A program made the position numbers and the translations under genes. The notes beneath the pieces were generated by a model. That model was not told the origin of the DNA, made no database searches, and was given only the letters and a program-made list of their open reading frames with translations. From Candidatus Poribacteria bacterium (lineage in GTDB: Bacteria > Poribacteria > WGA-4E > WGA-3G), in contig OZ243938.1 in the NCBI GenBank assembly GCA_965214095.1, positions 1,184,001-1,248,000 of the forward strand: 64,000 nucleotides of DNA, given 5' to 3'. Shown here piece after piece: positions 49,800 to 59,536 of this stretch (position 1 is its first letter; each line of letters begins with the position of its first letter).

Positions 49800-50519
49800 T
49801 TATTCAAAAATAGCTCGTCCAATTCTGACAATATTTGCCCCTTCTTCAATTGCAATTTCAAAATCGTTCGTCATTCCCATTGACAAGTATTGCATTGATA
49901 CACCTGGGAATTCCTGAGCCTGTATCTTTTCAGCTATAGTTCGTAATAAGGCAAATGCAGGACGGTTCTCCTCAGGAGAATCACCCAACATTCCCATAGT
50001 CATCAGACCTTTGATATTTGCTCCAGAATATGTCAATGATTCTTCAATAAATTGAGGCACATCAGCAGCATCCAACCCGAATTTACTTACTTCTTCGGTC
50101 GTGTTTATCTGTATCAAAACGTCAACTTGTTGATCATTCATTTCTGCGCGTCGGGATATCTCCTCTAACAAGCGCAAACTATCCACAGAATGAATCATAT
50201 CAAACATATCTAATGCGGACTTAACTTTATTCCTCTGAAGATGACCAATAAGGTGCCATTCACAAGCAGAATCGGATGATGTGTAAGTGTTTGTTCTATT
50301 TATTGTCCGATTTATATTATTAAATTTTTGTTGTGTTTCCTGCACTCGGTTTTCACCGATAACGGTATGTCCAGTTTCAAGGACTTTATTTATTTCCTCT
50401 ACTGTACGCCCCTTTGTTACAACAACCAACTTTATGTCTTGCGGCGTGCGATCACTACGCACTGCAGCGAAGACAATTCTTTCCTTTACTTTCGTAAGGT
50501 TATCAGCAATTATGTTCAA
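49800..50519 (-). CDS. yggS: PLP homeostasis protein
   Basis: VVVTK, GENRVQE, WHLIGHLQRNK, HSVDS, GLMTM, LSMGMTNDFE.AIEEGA..VRIG. Confidence 0.95.
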   Translation of the reverse strand: MNIIADNLTKVKERIVFAAVRSDRTPQDIKLVVVTKGRTVEEINKVLETGHTVIGENRVQETQQKFNNINRTINRTNTYTSSDSACEWHLIGHLQRNKVKSALDMFDMIHSVDSLRLLEEISRRAEMNDQQVDVLIQINTTEEVSKFGLDAADVPQFIEESLTYSGANIKGLMTMGMLGDSPEENRPAFALLRTIAEKIQAQEFPGVSMQYLSMGMTNDFEIAIEEGANIVRIGRAIFE

Positions 50520-50767
50520 TTGCTAGCTCCTCACACTCAAAAGATTATTCTTCCTGTGAATCTTCAGGATGATTCTTGTTTCTACCAAATATCCCTTCAA
50601 AAATCTGTATCACTTCTTTGTCGTCAATCAGTCTTCCCATTGAGGCAAACAATATACCTAAACTTACAAAACCGATTCCTACAACAACTGAATGTGTAGC
50701 TTCGGAATAAACTTGAGTTACTCTCACTGCGGTAGTTGTTTCCTTTGACAATTCCTTTGTATATTTT

Positions 50768-51809
50768 AGACATTATAATGAATTAAATAGTAGGAGTTTC
50801 ATAACACCAGGGTCTGAAGTTTAGTCGAAAATTGTGTAAACCACAACAGGTTTCCATAACTAAGTCACAAAACCCTTTCTTCCAATTTCTGAGTTTGTCT
50901 TTGACAATGCGGTATCTTTTGACACCACTAATGGCATGTTCAACACGTATGCGTATAGACGCTATCTTTCTATTGATTTCTTTTTCTTTTTCTGTCAGTT
51001 CTCCACCTTTCGGTTTTTTCTTCGGTTGAACGATGTGAACATCAGGAAGAGTGAACCCCTGAAAACCGGTATCTTGATACAAGGTGCTTCCCGGGGGCAC
51101 ACAATAGCCCACCTGATCAGCTATGTATTTGTCATGGTGTCTTCCTTCAAAAGAGGGTGTCAATAGGACGACTTTGCAGCTCTCATTGATAATCAGATTA
51201 TTTTTTGCTGTATGACATTTCTTTTTACCGCTATAATATGCCTTTTGAGCTTCTGGGTCTCTTGGACGCCGTATTCGCCGTTCTATACCATCATGAAAAA
51301 AAATACGCTTTATCTTGACTTTGACTTGATACCTCACAAGTATCACACATAGATGTGGGAACTGTTTCCCGAGATGGCAGCTCTTCAAGTTCTGCTAATG
51401 CGGTGTTCAATATCGGTAAAAGCAAGTGAATCCATTTATTCGCAAGAGGTTGAGCCATACCAAAGAGCGTGCCGAATAGAACCTGTTTCGGAGCTTCATG
51501 AAGATAAATTAATATAAATAGCAACATATCTTCATGTGAAGCAAAACAACTATTCTTGTAGGGTTTATATCTCCGTTTTATGCGCGGTTTTCCATCAAGG
51601 GTATGTGTTTCCATATAAGCTAAAAAACATTTAGAAAAATGAGGTAATAGTTTTGTAAACTCTTCTAAAGTATATCCAGTGAGAGATAGAAGCGTATCAG
51701 CTTTGTCCTTAATATCTTCAAAAACGATAATGAGAAAACCTCCATTTATAAGATTGTAATTAGAATAACAGAGGTTAACTAAACTTGCAACTAAATCATT
51801 ATAATGTCT
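50768..51809 (-). mobile_element. IS5-family-like element, 1042 bp, copy 2
   Basis: Same TIRs and internal sequence as copy 1; TSD TTT. Confidence 0.92.
50783..51731 (-). CDS. Frameshifted transposase, copy 2
   Basis: Same translated ORFs and same T8 frameshift site as copy 1. Confidence 0.85.
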
Positions 51810-52120
51810 TTTGAAGGATGGTTATAGCCTTTCATGATGAAAAAAAAGCCGAGTACACACGATAAGACTGATAGCGATATAAAAAAAGCACGCATAATCA
51901 ATCCTCATTTAGGGTGCAGACCGCTGGCAAATTCTGTCATTTAATGATACCATTTTTTGAAGACCTTTGCAAATTTGTTTCAACGGTGTCTATCATTACT
52001 TTACAGGGTAATCTATATTCACTGAATTCTCACCTATGACCTATGAATGCATGACAAAAAGGATAAGACGTATGTAAATATACCAACACTGTTCCCACGA
52101 AACAATAAACCGTGATAACT

Positions 52121-52204
52121 ATAGTGAAATTTGAAATTAACAATACACTTTACATTTAGATAAACGCGTTTGTAGTCGCGCAATTCATTGCGCCTCTTAC
52201 ATTA
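52121..52204. repeat. REP-like element, family E, copy 2
   Basis: GTAGTCGCGCAATTCATTGCGC plus flanks shared with 4610-4693. Confidence 0.75.
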
Positions 52205-52235
52205 TATAAATAAGTAATTGGGACAATATGTCTCA

Positions 52236-53024
52236 TTAATTGTAAGTTTTACCATAAATGAGTTGAATATATGATAGCATCCGACCAGTTTGTCCACCCT
52301 CAGCACGATAAGAATAAAACAGATCTGTGCAACATGCGGTACAATAGGGTGACATAGATATAGAATCAAACGGCACACCAGCATCGACCAATTGAATCAC
52401 ATTTGCAGTATGTAAGGATAGTGAATGTCCATTGTGAACATTTTGTCCAAAAAGTTCTTCAAAACGGACTAACAATTCTGGACTGACTTCATAGCAACAC
52501 TGCTGTATAGAAGGACCTAAGTGTATCAGGCAATTTACTGCATGTGTGTCATAGCATTTCATCATTTGTACCAAGACTTTTGTCACGATACGAGCAACGG
52601 TGCCACGCCAACCTGCATGCACAATAGCAATGGCAGGTTTTGCAATGTCCAATATGAAAATAGGCACACAATCCGCCGTAAAAACACCTAACGCATCACC
52701 TTGCCTTGCAGAAATCAACGCATCTCCAGGCTGAGCTGCAATGTCAGGATTTACACTATCAAAGAATGTAATTGGCAATGTATCGGCATTGATTATGATG
52801 TCACTATGAATTTGATCACAAAATTTGAAATGGGTAATACCTGATTGTTTGGAAAAACATTGCCGATTTTGAATTACTGCTTCAGGTCTGTCCCCAACGT
52901 GAGTCGCTAAGTTAAGAGAGGTATAAGGGGCATCACTTACACCCCCAGAACGAAAACTTATTCCTGCCTTGACTAAACCTGTTTCTGTTAACTCTTGGAT
53001 TGTAAGATACAAATTTTCAGTCAA
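52236..53024 (-). CDS. pgeF: PgeF/YfiH-family protein
   Basis: GGVS..PY.SLN, QIHS, TADCVPI, HAGWRG, GPSI..CCYEV, FYSYR....TGRM. Confidence 0.92.
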   Translation of the reverse strand: MTENLYLTIQELTETGLVKAGISFRSGGVSDAPYTSLNLATHVGDRPEAVIQNRQCFSKQSGITHFKFCDQIHSDIIINADTLPITFFDSVNPDIAAQPGDALISARQGDALGVFTADCVPIFILDIAKPAIAIVHAGWRGTVARIVTKVLVQMMKCYDTHAVNCLIHLGPSIQQCCYEVSPELLVRFEELFGQNVHNGHSLSLHTANVIQLVDAGVPFDSISMSPYCTACCTDLFYSYRAEGGQTGRMLSYIQLIYGKTYN

Positions 53025-53347
53025 GATATGTAATCTTCCCGAGGTGGACTAAAAATGTCCAGGGCAATTGCAGGTTTATCATTTGCTTTTGCGCTATGTT
53101 TCACATGAGAGGGTATCAGGTAGGTATCACCTTTATTTAATGTGCGTGATTCTCCGTCAATGGTTAATTCAAATGAACCTTCCAATACCATTCCCATTTG
53201 TTCATGGTGATGACTATGTTCCGCAACTATACTGTGTGGTTGCAAATGAACATAAGACATCATCAGATTCTCACCATGGATTGTCCGAATTGATACGCCA
53301 TCAAAAACCTGTTGTTGCGGTTGAGCATTGATATCTATAAATGGCAT
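53021..53347 (-). CDS. Cupin-domain protein
   Basis: HSHHHEQ.G.VLEG, IPS...HSA, DIFSPPREDY. Confidence 0.9.
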   Translation of the reverse strand: MPFIDINAQPQQQVFDGVSIRTIHGENLMMSYVHLQPHSIVAEHSHHHEQMGMVLEGSFELTIDGESRTLNKGDTYLIPSHVKHSAKANDKPAIALDIFSPPREDYIS

Positions 53348-53383
53348 ATAGATGACTCCGTCTAAGCATAGAATGGTAACGTA

Positions 53384-54127
53384 TTATGGATATGGAATAT
53401 CTGATGAGAGCGGCTCAACATAAAGGAGTCGCTTACAACTTGTACAATATACTAACTTTTCATATTTTTGCGCTTCCTTAAGATTTTGCGGTTGGATTGT
53501 AAGACGACAACTACCACAAGTTCCGTTCTTACCTAAAGATAAAAAATCAGACTTCCGACGGTTTACCCAGTTGTGATATAGTCTAATGAGCTCTTTATTA
53601 ATCTCTGGTAAATATTGTGAACGTTGTTTGGTTTTCTCATCAATAAGCTTTTTTAGGCTGTTCTGTTCCTCCTGATATTCTAATCTTTGCTCTGCAGTTT
53701 TCTCATCTTCACGAGCAACATCGGCTTCAAGATCTGTTAACTCTTCTGTCAACCGATCAGACTTTTCCATCAGTTCTAAGATCTCTTCCTCCGTTTCTGA
53801 ATCCTTTTGATCAAGAAATTCAATCTGATTATCAAGTGCTGTATATTGCTCATTTGTGGTAACTGCGCGTTGTTCAGTTTTGTACTTCTCGCGTTGGACT
53901 TCGTTCATTTCTAATTCAGCATTCTTAGATCGTAACGATTTATCCACTTCTGCGAGTTCATCAGATTTTGCGTTCATCTCTGTTTTGAATTTAGTTACGG
54001 AATCTTCTAACTGTTTTATTTGTTGAGGGATCCCTTGAAAACGTTGGTGCATTGACAACAACTCTCTATCATGCTCTTGCAGTTGGTAGAGCACAGCAAG
54101 TTGTTGTCGTAAAGATCCGATAGCCAT
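53384..54127 (-). CDS. Coiled-coil protein with C4 zinc ribbon (DUF164/CT398-like)
   Basis: Long coiled coil; CGSC...CTSCKRLLY. Confidence 0.88.
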   Translation of the reverse strand: MAIGSLRQQLAVLYQLQEHDRELLSMHQRFQGIPQQIKQLEDSVTKFKTEMNAKSDELAEVDKSLRSKNAELEMNEVQREKYKTEQRAVTTNEQYTALDNQIEFLDQKDSETEEEILELMEKSDRLTEELTDLEADVAREDEKTAEQRLEYQEEQNSLKKLIDEKTKQRSQYLPEINKELIRLYHNWVNRRKSDFLSLGKNGTCGSCRLTIQPQNLKEAQKYEKLVYCTSCKRLLYVEPLSSDIPYP

Positions 54128-54948
54128 TATATTTCTTCCTCCTTTTCAACCAGGAAAGCGAAAAATATTCCCAGTTGATATAATACAAAGAGTGGAACTG
54201 CCATTAGAATCATTGAACCTGGATCTGCTGGAGTTAAGATCGCTGATATGACACAGATACCCATTAAAGCAACGCGCTGCTTGCTACGAAATCCACGAGA
54301 ATTAATGATACCGATTCGGGCAAGAAAAGCCATTACAACAGGTAACTCAAATGCGACACCGAATCCTAATATTAAACCTGTGACAAAACTGAGATACGAT
54401 TTTAAATCCCAAAGGTTTTTATATTCAGGAAAAAGACCTGCCGCAAACTGCAGCACTACGGGAACTACTATTAAATAGGCAAATACTGCGCCAAGCAAAA
54501 AGAAAAATATTATAGTGAAGAAAAGGGGTAAGGCATATCTGCGCTCATTACTGTTTAATGCTGGAAAGATAAACATCCATATCTGATATAGGATAATCGG
54601 GAGTGAAAGAATTATTCCTGCAGCTATACCTATTGTTAGGTATGCCATTATGCCTTCAAAAGCACCCATCAGTATCAATTCTGCTTCAACATTTGATGAA
54701 CTTGTGCGGAGAGTCAAAGACAAAAAACCGAGTGTTGAACCTTCAGAACCTGACCTTAATTCAATCGCATCGGCGACGATGTTAGTTACAGGACTCCGCA
54801 TTGGTAATTCAAGCAGATATCTTAACGGTTGATTAAAAGTCAAACCAAGTAGCGTACAGACACCTAAAGCGATGAGTGAAATAATAATACGACGTCGAAG
54901 TTCCCCAAGATGATCTAAAAAGGTCATTGCCACATCGTTAGATTTCAT
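54127..54948 (-). CDS. tatC: Twin-arginine translocase subunit C
   Basis: MTFLDHL.ELRRR, YQIW.FI.PAL...E, FGVAFELP, A.LTP.DP.SM. Confidence 0.95.
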   Translation of the reverse strand: MKSNDVAMTFLDHLGELRRRIIISLIALGVCTLLGLTFNQPLRYLLELPMRSPVTNIVADAIELRSGSEGSTLGFLSLTLRTSSSNVEAELILMGAFEGIMAYLTIGIAAGIILSLPIILYQIWMFIFPALNSNERRYALPLFFTIIFFFLLGAVFAYLIVVPVVLQFAAGLFPEYKNLWDLKSYLSFVTGLILGFGVAFELPVVMAFLARIGIINSRGFRSKQRVALMGICVISAILTPADPGSMILMAVPLFVLYQLGIFFAFLVEKEEEI

Positions 54949-54968
54949 AATCTTGTCTACTCACGGAG

Positions 54969-55175
54969 TTACGTTGATTTGGGGGGTTTGATTGTTTTTT
55001 CTGGATCTACCTCATCTGTCACCTTTGTAATTTCATCTTGGATCTGGCTCCCAGCACTCTTAAATTCGCGGATTGCTTTACCTAATGAACGACCCATTTC
55101 CGGTAATTTCTGAGGACCGAAAATGATGAGTGCACCTAACAAAAGTAAAAATACCTCCATTCCGCCTAGTCCCAT
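54969..55175 (-). CDS. tatA: Twin-arginine translocase subunit A/B
   Basis: FGPQKLPEMGRSLGKAIREFK; AGGAGG RBS before MGLGG. Confidence 0.93.
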   Translation of the reverse strand: MGLGGMEVFLLLLGALIIFGPQKLPEMGRSLGKAIREFKSAGSQIQDEITKVTDEVDPEKTIKPPKST

Positions 55176-55356
55176 TTTCTTAGTACCTCCTTTGATGAAA
55201 TGAAACAAAGAAAATAATATCTAATAGTATATCATAATTAACCATTGAAAAACAAATAAATTCTTTATCTAAGTTTCTAGTTCTCTATATATTGAATCTG
55301 TGATATGATACATATCATCAACTCAATAATTGCAACATGAAATTAGGAGATTTTAG

Positions 55357-56139
55357 ATGATGAAAAGTATCAACCTTACGCTCTCTATAACAATGATTTT
55401 AATATCGGCATGTATTCTATGTCCTCAAATTGACGCTCAAGATATAAACACGGTACTGCTTTATACTTTTGAAACGGGTGAAGGGGATACCGTCAAAGAC
55501 CTGTCTGGGAATAATAACGATGGTAAACTGATGGGAACCAAGTGGGATGATGGAAAGTTTAAGGGAGGAATCCTATTAGGTGGAAATGGTCCAAGAGATT
55601 TTGTTGAAATTCTTGATAGCGAAAGCCTGGATCTTGAAAATGGACTCACAGTAGAGATGTGGATCTTTCTAAATTCACAATCAACTGCTGGTGGTACAGG
55701 TGCTACAAAAGAGGGGGCATATAAATTTGGTCCACGCAGCGACAGTACTGTTCTACTCCGCATGACAACTACAACAAAGGCTTGGGGGAGTGCTGTAGTG
55801 AACGGAAGTAAAGAATTACCTCTCAAGAAATGGGTGCATATTGCCGGTACTTATGATGCTGCCTCTGGTGAAGGAAAACTCTACTTTGATGGCGAGATTG
55901 ACAATGAAGGCGATATCGGCGGGAAAATCATTACAAATGATGTTGTCCTATGGCTTGGACGCGGGTCAGGTCCCTTCCTTGATGGGTACATAGACGAAGT
56001 ACGTATATCAAATATCGCACGTACACAGAAAGAAATTCAGGATTTGATGAATTTAGGGATAGATGGTGTGTTATCTGTAACTCCGAAGGACAAATTAGCA
56101 ACAACATGGGGAAAAATGAAGACTCGGTCTATTCAGTAA
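55357..56139 (+). CDS. Secreted LamG-like (concanavalin A-like) domain protein with a short C-terminal motif
   Basis: Signal peptide; Y.FE.G.G.TVKDLSG..NDG, TVEMW, WVHIAGTYD, LYFDGE, G.IDEVRISN.AR; tail LSVTPKDKLATTWGKMK. Confidence 0.88.
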   Translation: MMKSINLTLSITMILISACILCPQIDAQDINTVLLYTFETGEGDTVKDLSGNNNDGKLMGTKWDDGKFKGGILLGGNGPRDFVEILDSESLDLENGLTVEMWIFLNSQSTAGGTGATKEGAYKFGPRSDSTVLLRMTTTTKAWGSAVVNGSKELPLKKWVHIAGTYDAASGEGKLYFDGEIDNEGDIGGKIITNDVVLWLGRGSGPFLDGYIDEVRISNIARTQKEIQDLMNLGIDGVLSVTPKDKLATTWGKMKTRSIQ

Positions 56140-56151
56140 ATACTCAGTTGC

Positions 56152-57036
56152 TTAATATGGGAACGTAATGTAAAGGGTTGACAAGAATTCTTCTGCAACA
56201 TGATCATTATACACGCGAGCGGATATTACCGAACCATATATATTTCCCAGATAGAAGATCCCACTAAGGGTACCGAGAGTCCAGCCCTTGACAGATGAGA
56301 GTCCATCTCTACGAAAACCGTCATAAGCCTGCCAACCAGTAATGCCTACAGTGATAAATGAAGTAATGGCATCATTAACACGACCAGTATATAATCTACC
56401 AGAACCTGGAACAATAGTAGACATTATACCGGCTAATAACGGACTTCGTCTCGGAAGTTGCCTGCCTTGTTGAGCATACATGTTATATGTTACAGCTTTT
56501 TCTCTTACTTCAATAACATCAGATTGTAGCAAGTTGTTAAAGGTATTTTCTGCTGCCACCCATTCTCTTTGCATCAGGTAAGACAATCCAATAACTTGTT
56601 GTGCTTCTGTGCTATACCGAATATCCGATATGCGTGGTAACGATGTTTGCAAGAAATCTACTGATTTTCCAAACTGTTCCAAAAGAAAATAGGATACACC
56701 AATCTGATAATAGGCACTACTAACAAATTTACTATCAGAAGAAACTGAAAGTAAATTTTGAAAAGCCTGTATCGACTGTTCTGGTCTACCCCCTAAACGA
56801 TAACACAAAGCAATCTTGTATTGTATCTGCTCATTGTCAACTGGTTTATAGAATAGGTGACGTTGATATTCACCTATAGCACGTAGGTAATCTCCTTGAT
56901 TAAATAGATTGTCAGCAAATTTGAGAACATTTTCTGGACTATAATGGTCTATCGAATCCTCAGAAGATACGTAACTCAAACACGCGAAATTGAAAAATAT
57001 AATGAGCAATATCCGGAAAAATTGTCTACTTTGCAT
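56152..57036 (-). CDS. TPR-containing exported protein with a hydrophobic Gly-rich C-terminal domain
   Basis: Start placed at MQSRQF; FAD.LF..GDY.RAI.EY; C-terminal RSPLLAGIMSTIVPGSGRLYTG. Confidence 0.8.
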   Translation of the reverse strand: MQSRQFFRILLIIFFNFACLSYVSSEDSIDHYSPENVLKFADNLFNQGDYLRAIGEYQRHLFYKPVDNEQIQYKIALCYRLGGRPEQSIQAFQNLLSVSSDSKFVSSAYYQIGVSYFLLEQFGKSVDFLQTSLPRISDIRYSTEAQQVIGLSYLMQREWVAAENTFNNLLQSDVIEVREKAVTYNMYAQQGRQLPRRSPLLAGIMSTIVPGSGRLYTGRVNDAITSFITVGITGWQAYDGFRRDGLSSVKGWTLGTLSGIFYLGNIYGSVISARVYNDHVAEEFLSTLYITFPY

Positions 57037-57466
57037 AATCTGAAATTGGATCGGCATACTTCTCACTATTTGGATCTTTGTGATAGTGTTGTGCTTGTGA
57101 ACCGTTGCATCGAAGTAACCTGTCTGCTGTAAGGAGTACACCTCGCATTATACCATACTCTTTTATTGCAGCCATGCCAAATCGAGAACAACTGGGACTG
57201 AAACCACACGATGGTCCATCTTGACTAGAGACTAATTTCTGATACAGACGAATAAGTGCGGTTGCAGCGAACTTCAACTCAGAACTTACTTGTGGCTCAA
57301 CGCTGATTGATTCTTGTCGTTTTACCTTTAGTATCGGATTAACTTGACGAATGAAGATAAGGTCAGATGCTTCATTCGCATAAGAAGGTGTTGAGAGAAG
57401 TGCGATTAGTAAAGTGATGACACAAAAATTCAAAGATAGAATGCAAAACCATGTCTTATTTACCAT
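57026..57466 (-). CDS. YidD-like (membrane protein insertion efficiency factor) domain with an N-terminal signal
   Basis: LIRLYQKLVS.QDG..C.F.PSCS.F...AI..YG...G.LLTADRLLRC, DP. Confidence 0.85.
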   Translation of the reverse strand: MVNKTWFCILSLNFCVITLLIALLSTPSYANEASDLIFIRQVNPILKVKRQESISVEPQVSSELKFAATALIRLYQKLVSSQDGPSCGFSPSCSRFGMAAIKEYGIMRGVLLTADRLLRCNGSQAQHYHKDPNSEKYADPISDYAK

Positions 57467-58176
57467 TTTACCACCTTAACTTTAACGGATTCAGGGATTG
57501 TGAAATTCAAAATTTCATTTTTGGGTTCCACATTAACCAAAGGATTACTATAGACAATTGTTTCTTGTTGCACAACTTTAGATTTTTCACCGTAAGTATT
57601 GGAAGTAACAGTCATCGGCACATAGAAGTTTCCAAGTTTGTGGTGGTCTTTATAACTTGATCTTGCAATAATCTGTCCTTTCGGGTTCTTAATTTCGGCA
57701 GAGATGAGTTTATCGTCTTGCATACCGAGTATAATAGAACCGAGCTTATCTTTGGCTTTTTCTGGTGGATTCCAATAGGTAAATAGCATCTTATCAACAA
57801 CATCATGCTTGTGCAATGTATATCCAAGTGCCGTCAAGCCATACTCCGCTTGTGTGGTCTGGATGATGGATTCCACAAAAGGGAGTGGGATTCGACCTTC
57901 AGATAGAAAACGGAATGCCTGTTTCTCAACGGGATAATATATCTCTAAAACTTTGTCCTTTGCTATCATTATCTGTTGAAGTGGTTTTATAACTTCAACA
58001 ACAACCCGTGCTGCTTTTACATCATAGTGTAGTGTGCCTATAATCTCTTCAGTTTTATTGTTTTCAGTAAGTTCCCGTTTAAATTCTAACGAAAGAGTTT
58101 TTAATGGAGCTGCGTGAAGTAAATGAGAGAAAGATAGTGTGATCAGAAATAATAAAAAATATAGTTTTTTAGACAT
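57460..58176 (-). CDS. Exported LolA-like protein
   Basis: Signal peptide; LSLEFKR, V.VEV.KP..Q, YYP.EKQA; C-terminal F.IPE.VKV. Confidence 0.6.
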   Translation of the reverse strand: MSKKLYFLLFLITLSFSHLLHAAPLKTLSLEFKRELTENNKTEEIIGTLHYDVKAARVVVEVIKPLQQIMIAKDKVLEIYYPVEKQAFRFLSEGRIPLPFVESIIQTTQAEYGLTALGYTLHKHDVVDKMLFTYWNPPEKAKDKLGSIILGMQDDKLISAEIKNPKGQIIARSSYKDHHKLGNFYVPMTVTSNTYGEKSKVVQQETIVYSNPLVNVEPKNEILNFTIPESVKVKVVKW

Positions 58177-58311
58177 TTAGTATTCTACAAAAGAAAGTTT
58201 GAGATGGGTTTATTTATCACCACCAAAATTGACACCTAAAGTGAGGTGTCCCAACCACACCGATTTCCTAAATTGCTTAGACTGTTCTCGCTTCATCCAT
58301 GAAACTATATT

Positions 58312-59301
58312 TCAAAACAAACTACATCCGCCAGGCATATAGTGTTGTGAGAAAAAGATTCCGAAGGTAATAGGCATTATATCTTGATCTGACAATGAAA
58401 AGAATGGTCTATCCACTCGCATTTCAAATTTTAGACGACTTTTGGTAAGACGCAACATTTCTATTCCACCAACAAAGTAAGCACCCAATCCAGTTTCATC
58501 GTTTGAATGATAATCCTCATAATTATTGTAATTGTAGCTGGAATAGCGAGGATAGTAACTTACACTTAAAATCGCAAACCCACCACCTATATAAGGGGAG
58601 ATATTCATTTTATTGAAGAAATGCCGTGCACCAATTGACCACGAAGCAAACATATAATCTTCAACATTATTCGCTCCACCGCTAAGACGAAACTGAGTCC
58701 CAAGAGCATACCTCAGTGTCTGATATCCCCATCCCATTTCCCAACCAGGTTTAGCAAATATTTCTGTTCCCGGTAAAAAAGTAGAAAATATTCCAACATT
58801 CCATAGGGATTCTCCTGCTAATTTTTCGTACGCTGCTGATTCATGACCTGTAACTTGCTCAATTTCAACTGTGGAGGATAACGGTTTGTTGTTTACTATA
58901 GCATCTACTAATCTTGGAACTACTTTTATCATCTCTTCAATATTGTTAATCCATATCTCTCTTTCAACAGCAATTGTTCCAGACATTTCCTGACTCAGAC
59001 GAACCAAGATCTTTTCTCCTAAGCGGCGAAATGATAGTCTGTAGATATATCCAGTTTTAGGATCTTTGAAGACAGGATCACGCACAGAAATATTGAATTT
59101 TCTGAATTCCTCAATGACCAACATAGCTGCACTTTGTGCATCAACTTCATCTAAGCCAGAATTCTCCACGACCAATAGTTCAGGTGTGGGTGAAACAACT
59201 TCAATCTGAGATTTAGGTTGTGCGAATGTTGAAATAGGAATAACACAGGTCAGAATAAATAGAAAAAAGACCGTTGTGCTTAATCTCAGTATGGTATACA
59301 T
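58312..59301 (-). CDS. Hypothetical exported protein with a beta-strand-rich (outer-membrane-like) C-terminal half
   Basis: Signal peptide; SPYIGGG, GLGAYFVGGIE, alternating hydrophobic strands. Confidence 0.7.
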   Translation of the reverse strand: MYTILRLSTTVFFLFILTCVIPISTFAQPKSQIEVVSPTPELLVVENSGLDEVDAQSAAMLVIEEFRKFNISVRDPVFKDPKTGYIYRLSFRRLGEKILVRLSQEMSGTIAVEREIWINNIEEMIKVVPRLVDAIVNNKPLSSTVEIEQVTGHESAAYEKLAGESLWNVGIFSTFLPGTEIFAKPGWEMGWGYQTLRYALGTQFRLSGGANNVEDYMFASWSIGARHFFNKMNISPYIGGGFAILSVSYYPRYSSYNYNNYEDYHSNDETGLGAYFVGGIEMLRLTKSRLKFEMRVDRPFFSLSDQDIMPITFGIFFSQHYMPGGCSLF

Positions 59302-59536
59302 ATTTATCTCCCAGTAGACGTAATTATTTGTGTATATTCTAAAATCAGACTTGTTAATTGTAAGTAATTAGTGGTATTAGGTCAGAATTTTCTTTGAAAT
59401 TTAGTACTCATTCTACTAATTCGGCAACAGGTCGAATATTCACAAACAATTGAATCAAACCGGTATGCAATTGTCATGTTAGGTTGATTTTGCACAAACA
59501 CCTCAATGAAAGTTTACCTGATACAATAGCATATCG

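Larger units (their letters stand above)
50545..51895 (-). pseudogene. 101-aa two-TM membrane protein gene interrupted by IS copy 2
   Basis: Removing the IS and one TTT restores MRAFFISLSVLSCVLGFFFIMKGYNHPSKYTKELSKETT...HPEDSQEE*; GAGG RBS. Confidence 0.85.
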
